DNA from: Candidatus Thorarchaeota archaeon
GTDB taxonomy: Archaea; Asgardarchaeota; Thorarchaeia; Thorarchaeales; Thorarchaeaceae
Length of the DNA stretch: 64,000 bases
Reading direction: 5' to 3'
NCBI GenBank assembly: GCA_048882325.1
Contig: JBHLRS010000002.1
Coordinates: forward strand, 32,001 to 96,000
Shown: piece after piece, positions 18,049-27,238 of the stretch
Layout: the number at the start of each line of letters is the position of its first letter
How positions within the stretch are numbered: position 1 is the stretch's first letter
The notes under the pieces: model-generated
The model's database searches: none
Told to the model about the DNA's origin: nothing
The model's input: only the letters and a program-made list of their open reading frames with translations
Made by a program: the position numbers and the translations under genes

Positions 18049-19798
18049 TTTTGGTTCTGAAGTAGAGGATAAAAAGCACTAGTAATGAGAGTGCGCCAAA
18101 TATCACTACGCCAGCATAGAGGAGAGCTGGAACTCGGTCAATTCCCTGGCTAGTGATTTCAATGTCCATCCATCCAGAGTCGTAAACAAGATTGACTGAT
18201 GAGTTATCGGTTGCGAGAATCTTGAACCAGACCACTACTCCATGTTTGTATTCTCCGAGATGTGCCGTGAAGACATTCTCGATTTCAGATTGTTCCATGT
18301 CTAGAGTTTCGTACTCAAACTCTGTAGAATTAGGATCTCCCACGCCCCATTGAACCTGCAGCTCGCTGATGTTGTTCAAGTCCCAGACATATGCATGAAC
18401 TGTCAGGTTGTTTGTAGTCCTAGTCGAGAATGTTTGGAATGTCCGAATCTCAGCCACTGTGGGAGGATGGGCATCTGGGGAAACCTCGACCTCTATCGAT
18501 GAATAGGCAGTTTGATTGAAGAAGTCTGTGTAACTCATGTTGTAGAGGTATATGCCAACTGCAAAGCCATCCACATCAAGGACATAGTCCTCACCACGCC
18601 AGGTGCCATTCTCGTAGGCCTCGCCGTTCAATGTGAGATTGAAGTAGTATGGATTACTCTCCTCAATGGTCCAATTGATACTGTACCCCGTATATCCTTC
18701 TTCATATATGAGGTCACCAGAAGATGTGATAACTGGAGCACGAAGGTCTTTGTAGACTGTTACATTAACTGAATCATTGGACATTCTACCGTCATCATCA
18801 AATAGTGTGAGTGTGATAGTGTAGTTCCCAAGGTAGAGACCATCTACTACAGTAGAGATGTTCCCACCATCAGGATCAGTAAAGGTCCAATCAGACTCCA
18901 CTACATCTATGAACGTATGGAACTGTGACACATTCCCATAAGTTGTGTCATTGTAATGAATCACACCGGTAATAGTGTAGTTCTTTGGATTACTGTCATA
19001 GGCGTGCCAGATGATTTCAAATCCCTCATCTCCAAATTCGTAACTAATGTCAGTAGGAGATGTGATCGTTGGGTTTGTTGTATCAGGAACAACTGTGACA
19101 TTAACATAACTAGTTGCGTTCCTGCCAAAAGTGTCATTCACGAATAGAGAATAAATATACCATCTGGAAACATTCAAACCATCAACATTAACCGTAATGT
19201 TGTTGCCAGTCCATGGACCAGACACGATCACTGTTGCATTGTTTGTAGGCTCATTGGAAGTTCTTGATACATTGTAGAACTCAGGATTAGCCTCAGTGAT
19301 ATTCCATAATATGTTGTGGCCAAAACTCCCAACCTCGTAAGTGATATTTTCTGGCTGTTGAATTATCGGAGCAGTCTCGTCAAGAATCACTGTTATTGTT
19401 GTTGTTGCAGAAGCACTCTCTCCTTCATCATTTACAACGGTGCAGTTCATGATGAGAGTTTTAGGAAGTGTGTCAATCAATGCATCGCGATAAAGCCATA
19501 CAAGGAAAACTGTGATGTCACCACCGTCCCAGAATCCGAAGTCAAGTTGATGTTCATCAACCAATACTGTGTAATTCGCTGGATTAGGATCGCTAGCATG
19601 ATAGACAATTGTATGACCGGTGGTTCCGTTCTCAAACTGATATGTTGCAGGTCCAGTAATAGTGGGAGCCGACAGGACTGTTGTTGCAGTTGGACTATAT
19701 GATTGCCCAACTTCGCCTGCAGTCAAGGCATAAGGTGATAGTACAAGCCATGCTAGAATGAAGACAAACACAATGTTGCGGCGATTTAGTGTGACCAT
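18041..19798 (-). CDS. Membrane-anchored surface protein with about 4 Ig-like repeats
   Basis: Signal-like N-terminus from ATG 19798; repeats of D..AP.I..P..I.YE.G..G..I.W...D..P..Y; C-terminal TM plus RTKTR. Confidence 0.75.
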   Translation of the reverse strand: MVTLNRRNIVFVFILAWLVLSPYALTAGEVGQSYSPTATTVLSAPTITGPATYQFENGTTGHTIVYHASDPNPANYTVLVDEHQLDFGFWDGGDITVFLVWLYRDALIDTLPKTLIMNCTVVNDEGESASATTTITVILDETAPIIQQPENITYEVGSFGHNILWNITEANPEFYNVSRTSNEPTNNATVIVSGPWTGNNITVNVDGLNVSRWYIYSLFVNDTFGRNATSYVNVTVVPDTTNPTITSPTDISYEFGDEGFEIIWHAYDSNPKNYTITGVIHYNDTTYGNVSQFHTFIDVVESDWTFTDPDGGNISTVVDGLYLGNYTITLTLFDDDGRMSNDSVNVTVYKDLRAPVITSSGDLIYEEGYTGYSINWTIEESNPYYFNLTLNGEAYENGTWRGEDYVLDVDGFAVGIYLYNMSYTDFFNQTAYSSIEVEVSPDAHPPTVAEIRTFQTFSTRTTNNLTVHAYVWDLNNISELQVQWGVGDPNSTEFEYETLDMEQSEIENVFTAHLGEYKHGVVVWFKILATDNSSVNLVYDSGWMDIEITSQGIDRVPALLYAGVVIFGALSLLVLFILYFRTKTR

Positions 19799-20002
19799 TT
19801 GACTTACTTCCTGATATAGGCTGTTTGTGACTTGCTGACCGCTCGAACTTCTTGGGGCGGTTTTATACCCTTCGGTGGTTGAAGTTCTGTTAAACGAAAC
19901 AAATAGGTATCCGTATGACATAGGCTGATAAGACAGAATGTATGTTCAATAGGAAAGCAGCTCTGTCGAAAACGGGACTAGCAAGACACCGGGGAAGCAA
20001 AC

Positions 20003-20917
20003 GTGCCTAAGGCAATCTATTCTATATGGTGGGATGACGTTCTCGGGCCATCAGTTGGACGTTCATTCCCTGAGGAAGGTGCACTGACGAGCGAAGAAGC
20101 TTTAATCGTTTTCATGGGTCATGGTGTGAATCGAGAGGCCGAGGTAGGATACTCAAAATTGACAAGAGGATTGATTATTTCTTACATGAAACCACCTAAC
20201 TGTATAGCGATTCTTCTGGATGATAATGACAATACTCCAGCCATAGAACGAAACCTCCTACGCCTTGTGAAATACATTGATTTCAACAGTGATAAATGGG
20301 ATGCTGAGCTAGAACGAGCATTTCAGCTGCTAAATGAACTTATAGATGAAACAAGTGGAGCATCGCTCCTTACAAATCCTGGTGTCAAGAAACTTGTGGA
20401 GGATATGTCAAGTAATAGAGTGACATCTCTGAAGCCTAAACACGTTCTACGTGCATCAGTTAGATATCCTGAGGCTCATGATTATCTTGGTTCAGATGAT
20501 GACGAAGTCGTTAGAATGCTAAAGGATCTTGATGATGAGAATGTTCTTGAGTCTCGCACATACGGTCGCCGCGTTGTTTGCAGGCAATGTGGAGATTCAG
20601 ACCTAACTGTTGAGCTATTGTGTCCTAATTGCGATTCGAATGATATTCATAAGGTGTATACACTGTTTTGTCCCAAGTGTAGCAATCAATTCCATGCGGT
20701 TTTAGTTGACGATATCGCAGAAGTCACTTGTTTGAACTGCAAAGAACCAGTCAAGGTTGGTGAATTGGCAATCCTTGATGTTGAACCTCTATGCAATAAA
20801 TGTGGAACTGCATCCAGTGACCCTAGGATAGTCTTTCGATGTGCGACTTGTGGGAAACATCTGCGTGGAGCAGACCTACTCGCAGGTACTGGATTAGCAT
20901 ATTATCGAAAAGAGTGA
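20003..20917 (+). CDS. uDENN/longin-like N-terminal domain fused to a TackOD1-like multi-zinc-ribbon domain
   Basis: N-terminus IYSIWWDDVLGPSVGRSFP; C-terminal YP...LKDLDDENVLE followed by six CxxC pairs. Confidence 0.6.
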   Translation: MPKAIYSIWWDDVLGPSVGRSFPEEGALTSEEALIVFMGHGVNREAEVGYSKLTRGLIISYMKPPNCIAILLDDNDNTPAIERNLLRLVKYIDFNSDKWDAELERAFQLLNELIDETSGASLLTNPGVKKLVEDMSSNRVTSLKPKHVLRASVRYPEAHDYLGSDDDEVVRMLKDLDDENVLESRTYGRRVVCRQCGDSDLTVELLCPNCDSNDIHKVYTLFCPKCSNQFHAVLVDDIAEVTCLNCKEPVKVGELAILDVEPLCNKCGTASSDPRIVFRCATCGKHLRGADLLAGTGLAYYRKE

Positions 20918-20971
20918 ACCGCAACAGTTTTGTGTGCGCTGTTTTGCCTCACGTCGGAGTGAGTTTACAAA

Positions 20972-21838
20972 ATGTCAGTAAACACAGTTAATGTAGGGGT
21001 AATTAAGCTCGGTGCAATTGCTTCAGCCCCACTTCTTGATCTGATTTTCGATGAACGTGCAGAACGTGATGACATTAATGTAAGAGCGTTCTCGAGCGGC
21101 GCGAAGATGGATGAGGAATCAAGTGTCGGTCCAGCTGAATCAGTAATCGCATGGGCACCTCACCTTGTGCTGATTGTGAGTCCAAATGCCGCATTACCAG
21201 GGCCCACCAAGGTTAGAGAAATGTTGGCAAAGGCGAAACTTCCAACCATATCCATCTCTGATGGTCCAGCTGAAAAGGCATTCTACAAAAAGAACGAGGA
21301 AGGAAAGAAGAAACCTCATGTTCTCGAGGGGCAGGGATTCATTGTAATCCCATCAGATTCCATGATTGGAGCCAAGAAGGAGTTTCTTGATCCCACTGAG
21401 ATGACTCTCTTTAATGCCGATGCAATTAAAGTTCTGGCAAACACAGGAGTAATGCGAGCAATTCAGAACGAGCTGGATGAAGTTGTTGCCGCTTTTCAAG
21501 CAGGCGAAACACCTGAAATGCCTCAAGTGAAACTAACAGCGGAAAAAGCAGTGAAGTGTGGATACTTCAAGAACCCATATGCTCATGCAAAAGCCATCGC
21601 AGCGTTGACAATTGCTGAAGCTGTTGCTGAAATAACAGCCAAGGGTTGCTTCAAAACAAAAGAATCAGAGAAGTACATCCCACTCGTCAGTGCGGGTCAC
21701 GAAATGATGAGAGTAGCAGCAAAGCTAGCTGATGAAATAAGGGAGCTTGAAAAAGCAGGAGATTCCGTTCTAAGAAACCCACACGTTTCAAAGGGCAAAG
21801 TCAAGACAAAGACTGCTTTGATGGACAAGCCGAAGTAG
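20972..21838 (+). CDS. mtd: F420-dependent methylene-tetrahydromethanopterin dehydrogenase
   Basis: IKLGAIAS..LLDLIFDERAERDDI, SGAKM, SPNAALPGP, MIGAKKEFLDPTEM, HEMMR. Confidence 0.92.
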   Translation: MSVNTVNVGVIKLGAIASAPLLDLIFDERAERDDINVRAFSSGAKMDEESSVGPAESVIAWAPHLVLIVSPNAALPGPTKVREMLAKAKLPTISISDGPAEKAFYKKNEEGKKKPHVLEGQGFIVIPSDSMIGAKKEFLDPTEMTLFNADAIKVLANTGVMRAIQNELDEVVAAFQAGETPEMPQVKLTAEKAVKCGYFKNPYAHAKAIAALTIAEAVAEITAKGCFKTKESEKYIPLVSAGHEMMRVAAKLADEIRELEKAGDSVLRNPHVSKGKVKTKTALMDKPK

Positions 21839-21845
21839 CCCAGTG

Positions 21846-23423
21846 CTACTTCTTCTTCTTCTTTTTCTTTACAGTCTTCTTGACCACCGAACGAGCTGCC
21901 TTCAGAATCTTCTCGGCACCAGCGACACTGAGACCCTCAATCTTAGGGGCCAATCTTTGAGCAGACTCACCAGCTAACTGTGCGGCGGACCCATACCCTG
22001 CAGCTATTAGCTTTTTCTCAAGGCTCTCACCTATGCCGGGAACTCTACGCAAGGGAAGCATTTCCTTGAACTCATCGCCCAAGATGTCTTCAAACTCACT
22101 GTCACTCACATCATTAGAAGCGTCGATGATGTCTAGCTGACTCCGTATTGATGCAAAGTCCTCAGCACCTACAAAGGCATCGACTGTCCGTTTCACTTGT
22201 CGTTCATCAAAATCTAGGTCTAAATCCTCCATCTCGATTTCCCTGCCAAGGGTTGCCGGGAGCGGCCCGGTTAGATAAAGTGCGCCTAAAGAGAGAAGAA
22301 TTGCCATCTGTCCTCCAACTGCCGAGAGTAAGCTAGGTGCATCAAAGGTGATACCCATTATCACGACATTTATGTCCAATCCCCAAAAGAGGGTCATATA
22401 ACCAAGGAAGAAGAACCAGTATAATGAAAGTCGAAATCCCTTTGATTTCACAGGACCAAGTTCAGGCCAAATCAAGAGTAAGCACAAGCCAAGCAAGTAA
22501 CCTTCCACAACTCTCTCTGAGATTAGCAGAGCATCCAACCAATTGGTATCAACAAAGGTAGACCCAAAGATAGTCAGTAATCCCATCAATAGGATTACAA
22601 AACGAAAAGCAGTCTTCCTACCATACCGATCAGATATGAACCCAGCAAGTAGAATTGAAATAATAAATGGCACCATCTCAAGTATCCCGAGGTTGGCTGA
22701 CTGACTTAATGAAATGAATGAGGGAGTTTTAGACAGTTCCAGATTTGTGACCGTATACCAAAGCAAATGTGCTCCAAGAATGAAAGTCATTGGAACGAAA
22801 TACTTGAAGGAACTTCCTGTGATAGTCAGTGAAGCTCGAGCAACTTTCCAAGGTCTAAATGAAGCTGATAGTAGGATTGCGACAATCGACACCATTGTTG
22901 GAAGTGTAATATCATTTGTCAGAACTGCCAAAAAAGAGATACTTTCCATGTATCTATAGAGTGAAGCAATAATAACAGCTGTTGCTAGGAACACTGCTAC
23001 TGTTCTGCCGCGAAAACGCAGTACTACACTCTGATTGATTCTGGCAGACCAAGAAATGAGCATCAATGCTAGACATCCAAAGGTCATTGTTGAGAGAAGA
23101 ATGGGGTACATCTCAGTATAATCAGAACCAATCTCGAGAATACTGAGTAGTCCAATGAAACTTGGAATTAATGCTGCAAAATACATCAAAAAATCGTGTT
23201 TTCGGATTCGATCCACAAGCAATCCAGAAAGGGGTAATGCAAAAACCGTAGTCAAAGCTCCATAACCTAGAAGACCGTAATGATCTTCAATTGACATACC
23301 AAGGTAGCCAAACAAAGTTCCTGACAAAAGGCCAGTAATCACATAAATTGAGAAAGCCATAGGAACTGCGAGTAGTACATAGATAAACATCGTCTTCAAT
23401 GGAAAATCGCGGTACTCTAACAA
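21846..23423 (-). CDS. MFS-like polytopic membrane protein with C-terminal helix-hairpin-helix domain and poly-Lys tail
   Basis: About 12 TM with GLLVDRIRK and GFISDRYGRK; C-terminal LRRVPGIG...IEGLS...AEKI; KKKKKKK; likely TTG start at 23423 after AAGGTGG. Confidence 0.7.
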   Translation of the reverse strand: MLEYRDFPLKTMFIYVLLAVPMAFSIYVITGLLSGTLFGYLGMSIEDHYGLLGYGALTTVFALPLSGLLVDRIRKHDFLMYFAALIPSFIGLLSILEIGSDYTEMYPILLSTMTFGCLALMLISWSARINQSVVLRFRGRTVAVFLATAVIIASLYRYMESISFLAVLTNDITLPTMVSIVAILLSASFRPWKVARASLTITGSSFKYFVPMTFILGAHLLWYTVTNLELSKTPSFISLSQSANLGILEMVPFIISILLAGFISDRYGRKTAFRFVILLMGLLTIFGSTFVDTNWLDALLISERVVEGYLLGLCLLLIWPELGPVKSKGFRLSLYWFFFLGYMTLFWGLDINVVIMGITFDAPSLLSAVGGQMAILLSLGALYLTGPLPATLGREIEMEDLDLDFDERQVKRTVDAFVGAEDFASIRSQLDIIDASNDVSDSEFEDILGDEFKEMLPLRRVPGIGESLEKKLIAAGYGSAAQLAGESAQRLAPKIEGLSVAGAEKILKAARSVVKKTVKKKKKKK

Positions 23424-23548
23424 ATCCGTTCCACCTTTCAAGATGTGCGACTCATCAACCTGTTATGGATGTTTCGGGCTACACAACAATTTCGGAGCGA
23501 TATCTTAAAGACTATTCAGAATCTGGAAAAGACAAGGAGAGTAAGTGT

Positions 23549-24457
23549 TTGGTAGACAAACTCGGTGTCAATGAGTTTATGGTCCTCACTGCAGGAGGTA
23601 CACCAATCTTCCATTATTCAAAAACAGAAACAAGAAAGCTGGATGAGCTGTTGTCAGGCTTTCTTAGTGCAATGACAAGTTTCGCCACTGAGTTTGGAGA
23701 GAAGTCAATTCAGAGATTGTCATTTGAAGGATCAGAGCTACTCTATGAGCAGTTTGGATCTGAGTACTTGTTCATCTTTCTCGTTGATTCGGGCTCCTCA
23801 GAGAAAGTTCTACGTGTTGTATTAAGAGAACTCAGTAAACGCTTCCTATCTAGATATCAGACTGAACTGAAAATGGATATTCCCGTGCTTGATGTTTTCA
23901 TGGATTTCCAGACTGATGTGCAAGGAGTCTTAGCATATTATGAGGGAATACTTGTAATTATGTCAAGTCTAAGTGCGTTTGTTATACCTGAAGCTAAGAA
24001 GGATAACATGGATATCGCAATTAGAAGTGGAGGATTTCTAGACGAGTTTCATCGAGACCTCGGCAACTCTGGCAACCGTGTTTTGTCAGCCATTGATGGT
24101 CAGACATCTATCTATGATATGAGTAGAAACTTGGGTTTAGCAGAACCCGAGATTTCTGAGGTAGTCGAATACCTAGCCATAAGGGGGCTTCTCAGAATAT
24201 CAAAACTTTGTCCCTTAATTCAGGAGAAAGATGCTCGATTTGATGCGTACCTCGATTTAATCGGTCTTCCAAGTAAGGACTATCAGCTCCTTGATAGAGC
24301 GAAGTCACTTTGCAACGGTGATCGTTCCCTAGTAGATATCAGTGAACGCCTAGGTGTGGTTCCCGAACAGCTCTATGAAGTTCTTGAGAAGCTCGGTGAT
24401 GAAGTTGAGTGGAAGCTCATTGAAGTAAGTGGTCTAGTGGATGACCCAATGTCTTGA
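23549..24457 (+). CDS. Longin-domain protein with two C-terminal winged-HTH domains (NPRL2-like architecture)
   Basis: GGTPIFHY...LLSGFLSAMTSFATE longin signature; IDGQTSIYDMS...LAIRGLL and CNGDRSLVDIS wHTH; likely TTG start 23549 after AAGGAG. Confidence 0.75.
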   Translation: MVDKLGVNEFMVLTAGGTPIFHYSKTETRKLDELLSGFLSAMTSFATEFGEKSIQRLSFEGSELLYEQFGSEYLFIFLVDSGSSEKVLRVVLRELSKRFLSRYQTELKMDIPVLDVFMDFQTDVQGVLAYYEGILVIMSSLSAFVIPEAKKDNMDIAIRSGGFLDEFHRDLGNSGNRVLSAIDGQTSIYDMSRNLGLAEPEISEVVEYLAIRGLLRISKLCPLIQEKDARFDAYLDLIGLPSKDYQLLDRAKSLCNGDRSLVDISERLGVVPEQLYEVLEKLGDEVEWKLIEVSGLVDDPMS

Positions 24458-24538
24458 AAAGCAATTATCGTTCCGGCAAAGGTATTAAGTGCCTTCGTAT
24501 ACCTCATGAATAGCTCGTGCTGATAGGAGGCCACCTCC

Positions 24539-25816
24539 TTGGTTAAAGAAATCATTGTGCTTCGAGATACAGGAATTCTCCTTTTCCACTACAGTGTTAG
24601 TGGAACTCGAAGACTTGATGAGCTTGCAGCAGCTTTTCTTTCTGCAGTCGGTTCATTTGCCAAAGAGGTGAGCCAAGATAGAATTACAGTCATGTCATTC
24701 GCCAAGAACAAACTGGTTTGGGAGCGAAAGGGAGACCTCTACTTTATTGCACTAGTTTCAGAAGAGGATAGTGGGGAGATTCATAGAGTAATACTGCAAG
24801 ATCTTGCTGAGCAGTTTGTCAGTATGTTCTATTCCGATCTTAGAAGAGAGCTTCCTGACTCGAAAAAGTTTCGTGCTTTTGCAGATACTGTTGAGGTGAC
24901 CCTCCAAAAATTCGATGGAATACCTGGATTGGCCCGACGCTACAAAACAATACTACTACCTGCAGAAGATCTAAACACCTTGAAACGAGTGTTATCAGAA
25001 GTCGAGGTCAATCGGGACATTCTTCGAGGCGGCATGGTTTCCTCAAAAGGTTACGTTTCCGTTTCAAATCTGAGGGCATATGAACTCGAAGCGGCATTAG
25101 ACTTCCTACCAACTGTGAAAGAAAAAGTTGAGATGAGGGAACACTCTAGTCTTGAGAAAGGAACTGCATTCCTCTTAGTTCAGATTCCAAAAAAGGGTCT
25201 ATGCGCTTTCGTAGTCAAACTTGGGATGTCTGAGAAAACCTATCTGGATCTTATCAATCCCTTCACTTCGCTCCTCCAACTGACGAGTTTCGAGAATGCG
25301 AGGAAATTTGAACCTGACAAGGTCGAAGGTCCAATCTCGTTCTACGATTTTGATGCTGTTTCAATAGCTATTCCTGAAGAAGACCTTAGACGAGAAACCA
25401 AGATGTCTCTATCATCATTTTCTGATAGTATTCAGGCAGGAGCAGTGCGACTCGTAAATTCTATTACTGAAACCTCCACAGTAGCGGATGTGGTTGAAGC
25501 AAGCGGTCTTATTCGTGAACAAGCAGACGAGGTCCTTGCGCAGTTGATCGCAAAAGGAGTGTTGCGAATTTCAAAACTGTTTCCTGTAATGGAAGATAGG
25601 GATGAAAGATTCGTTGCTTATCTTGAGGTCATCGGAATCAAAAAAAGGGATTTTGATATTGTCGATTCTATCTGGAAATACTGCAATGGAAGTCTATCTC
25701 TAAGGGAGATTTCTGAGAGGTCAGATATCCCAGCCCAAAGAATACTCGACGTCCTTAGAGCACTAGGTAATCATGTGCAATGGTTGAAGGAGAGGATGCT
25801 AAGTCATGTCAGGTAA
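24539..25816 (+). CDS. Paralogous longin + roadblock-like + two wHTH domain protein
   Basis: TGILLFHY...LAAAFLSAVGSFAKE; extra middle alpha/beta domain; C-terminus aligns by eye with the upstream gene; SD AGGAGG. Confidence 0.75.
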   Translation: MVKEIIVLRDTGILLFHYSVSGTRRLDELAAAFLSAVGSFAKEVSQDRITVMSFAKNKLVWERKGDLYFIALVSEEDSGEIHRVILQDLAEQFVSMFYSDLRRELPDSKKFRAFADTVEVTLQKFDGIPGLARRYKTILLPAEDLNTLKRVLSEVEVNRDILRGGMVSSKGYVSVSNLRAYELEAALDFLPTVKEKVEMREHSSLEKGTAFLLVQIPKKGLCAFVVKLGMSEKTYLDLINPFTSLLQLTSFENARKFEPDKVEGPISFYDFDAVSIAIPEEDLRRETKMSLSSFSDSIQAGAVRLVNSITETSTVADVVEASGLIREQADEVLAQLIAKGVLRISKLFPVMEDRDERFVAYLEVIGIKKRDFDIVDSIWKYCNGSLSLREISERSDIPAQRILDVLRALGNHVQWLKERMLSHVR

Positions 25817-26558
25817 AATAGTTTCAATTCATAGTTTCAGAGGTGGAACCGGAAAGTCAAACATAGCAGCGAATCTAGCTGCAGCAGCTGCATTGGATGG
25901 AAAACGAGTAGCAGTTATGGATACAGATATGGCATCTCCCGGTATTCATGTCATCTTCGGTTTGGGTCGAGAGAAGATGAAGTACACCCTTAATGACTAT
26001 CTTCGGGGATCTTGTGATATCACAGATGCATGCGTAGACCTCACAAATCGACTGAGTATCAAGCAAGGTAAACTGTTCCTCATCCCCAGCTCAATGACTG
26101 CCACAGACATAACAAGAATATTGAGAGAGGGGTATGAGGTTGGTGACCTCAAGAAAGGTTTCACAGATGTGATTAAGAAGAAGGATCTTGATTACCTGAT
26201 TATCGATACACACCCCGGACTCGATCGAGAAACTTTGTTGTCAATGGCAACAGCAGACTATCTGTTCGTAGTTGCCAGAATCGACGAACAGGATTTGCTT
26301 GGAACAGCTGCAACGTTGAGCGTTGCCCGGAAATTGCAGGTACCAGACATTCGAATCATCATTAACAAAAAGCCTGGGATTTACGAGAACAAAGCTATCA
26401 CTTCAGAGGTGGAACAGAAGTTTAAGACAACAGTTGCCACAATCATCCCATTACTTCCATTGTTAATCGAAGCTGGGAGTCGATATGTGGTAACACTACG
26501 CCACCCTGATAGTGAGTTCACAAAAAACATCGAAGAGATTTATAGATTGATGAAGTAA
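25806..26558 (+). CDS. MinD/ParA-family ATPase
   Basis: HSFRGGTGKS, VMDTD..SPG, IIDTHPG, IINK; overlaps the upstream stop by 11 bp. Confidence 0.9.
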   Translation: MSGKIVSIHSFRGGTGKSNIAANLAAAAALDGKRVAVMDTDMASPGIHVIFGLGREKMKYTLNDYLRGSCDITDACVDLTNRLSIKQGKLFLIPSSMTATDITRILREGYEVGDLKKGFTDVIKKKDLDYLIIDTHPGLDRETLLSMATADYLFVVARIDEQDLLGTAATLSVARKLQVPDIRIIINKKPGIYENKAITSEVEQKFKTTVATIIPLLPLLIEAGSRYVVTLRHPDSEFTKNIEEIYRLMK

Positions 26559-26587
26559 ATCTACCCAACTAGTCTTGGCAAGTAGAT
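26559..26587 (+). terminator. Imperfect hairpin directly after the MinD-like stop
   Basis: ATCTAC-CCAA-ctagtc-TTGG-caa-GTAGAT. Confidence 0.35.
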
Positions 26588-26788
26588 AATCGCTAATGCT
26601 AGTAGAAGGATTATCAGACAGACAACAAGAATCAGAGGAAGAAGAATATCTGGACTTGTATCCTCTTGAACTAGCATGGAGAATCACCTCTGTTCAATTA
26701 TATGTCACAAACTATATCAAATTGGTCATAAGCAAAACACTTCTAACTCGCGTGACATGTTTGAGAGTAGACCGGAGGAAACAGAACC

Positions 26789-27238
26789 ATGGATATAGAT
26801 GTGAGACTCGCAACAGCACAGGACAGGTCTTTGATAGAGGAGTTCTATGTGCGAGAAGGAAAAAACTTCCAACAACTTATACTTCATTCAGGTTCTACTC
26901 CGGTGGGAGCTAGTAGTGAAACCATGTTTGTGGTTGCAGTTACTAGAGGTATGGTTGTCGCTGCGTTGAAGCTTGATATTGCAAGAGACCCCGCAATGGG
27001 ACGGGTCGGGTTCATTCGATATTTTGAGATTGAGGATGACCTTGAAGAAACTGATTTGGGTCAGAAGATGTTGAATAAGACAACAGAGATTGCGGAGGAA
27101 AAGGGACTTCGAGCCTTGAATGCAGTCTTTGATGTGGGAAGGGCAGATCTCTTTGACCTTTATACCGAATCTGGTTATAGAGAGGAACGGAAAGAGGTCT
27201 GGTTGCGTAAAGATTTCCGTCCTGGTGTCTTTGGATGA
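26789..27238 (+). CDS. GNAT-family N-acetyltransferase
   Basis: VRLATAQD, GFIRYFEI...LGQKML, LYTESGY. Confidence 0.75.
   Translation: MDIDVRLATAQDRSLIEEFYVREGKNFQQLILHSGSTPVGASSETMFVVAVTRGMVVAALKLDIARDPAMGRVGFIRYFEIEDDLEETDLGQKMLNKTTEIAEEKGLRALNAVFDVGRADLFDLYTESGYREERKEVWLRKDFRPGVFG

Noticed and set aside
26496-26913. ORFs 26596-26913 (+) and 26496-26687 (-) between the MinD-like and GNAT genes
   Set aside because: They overlap real genes, lack a convincing SD and show no family resemblance. A short real peptide cannot be fully excluded.
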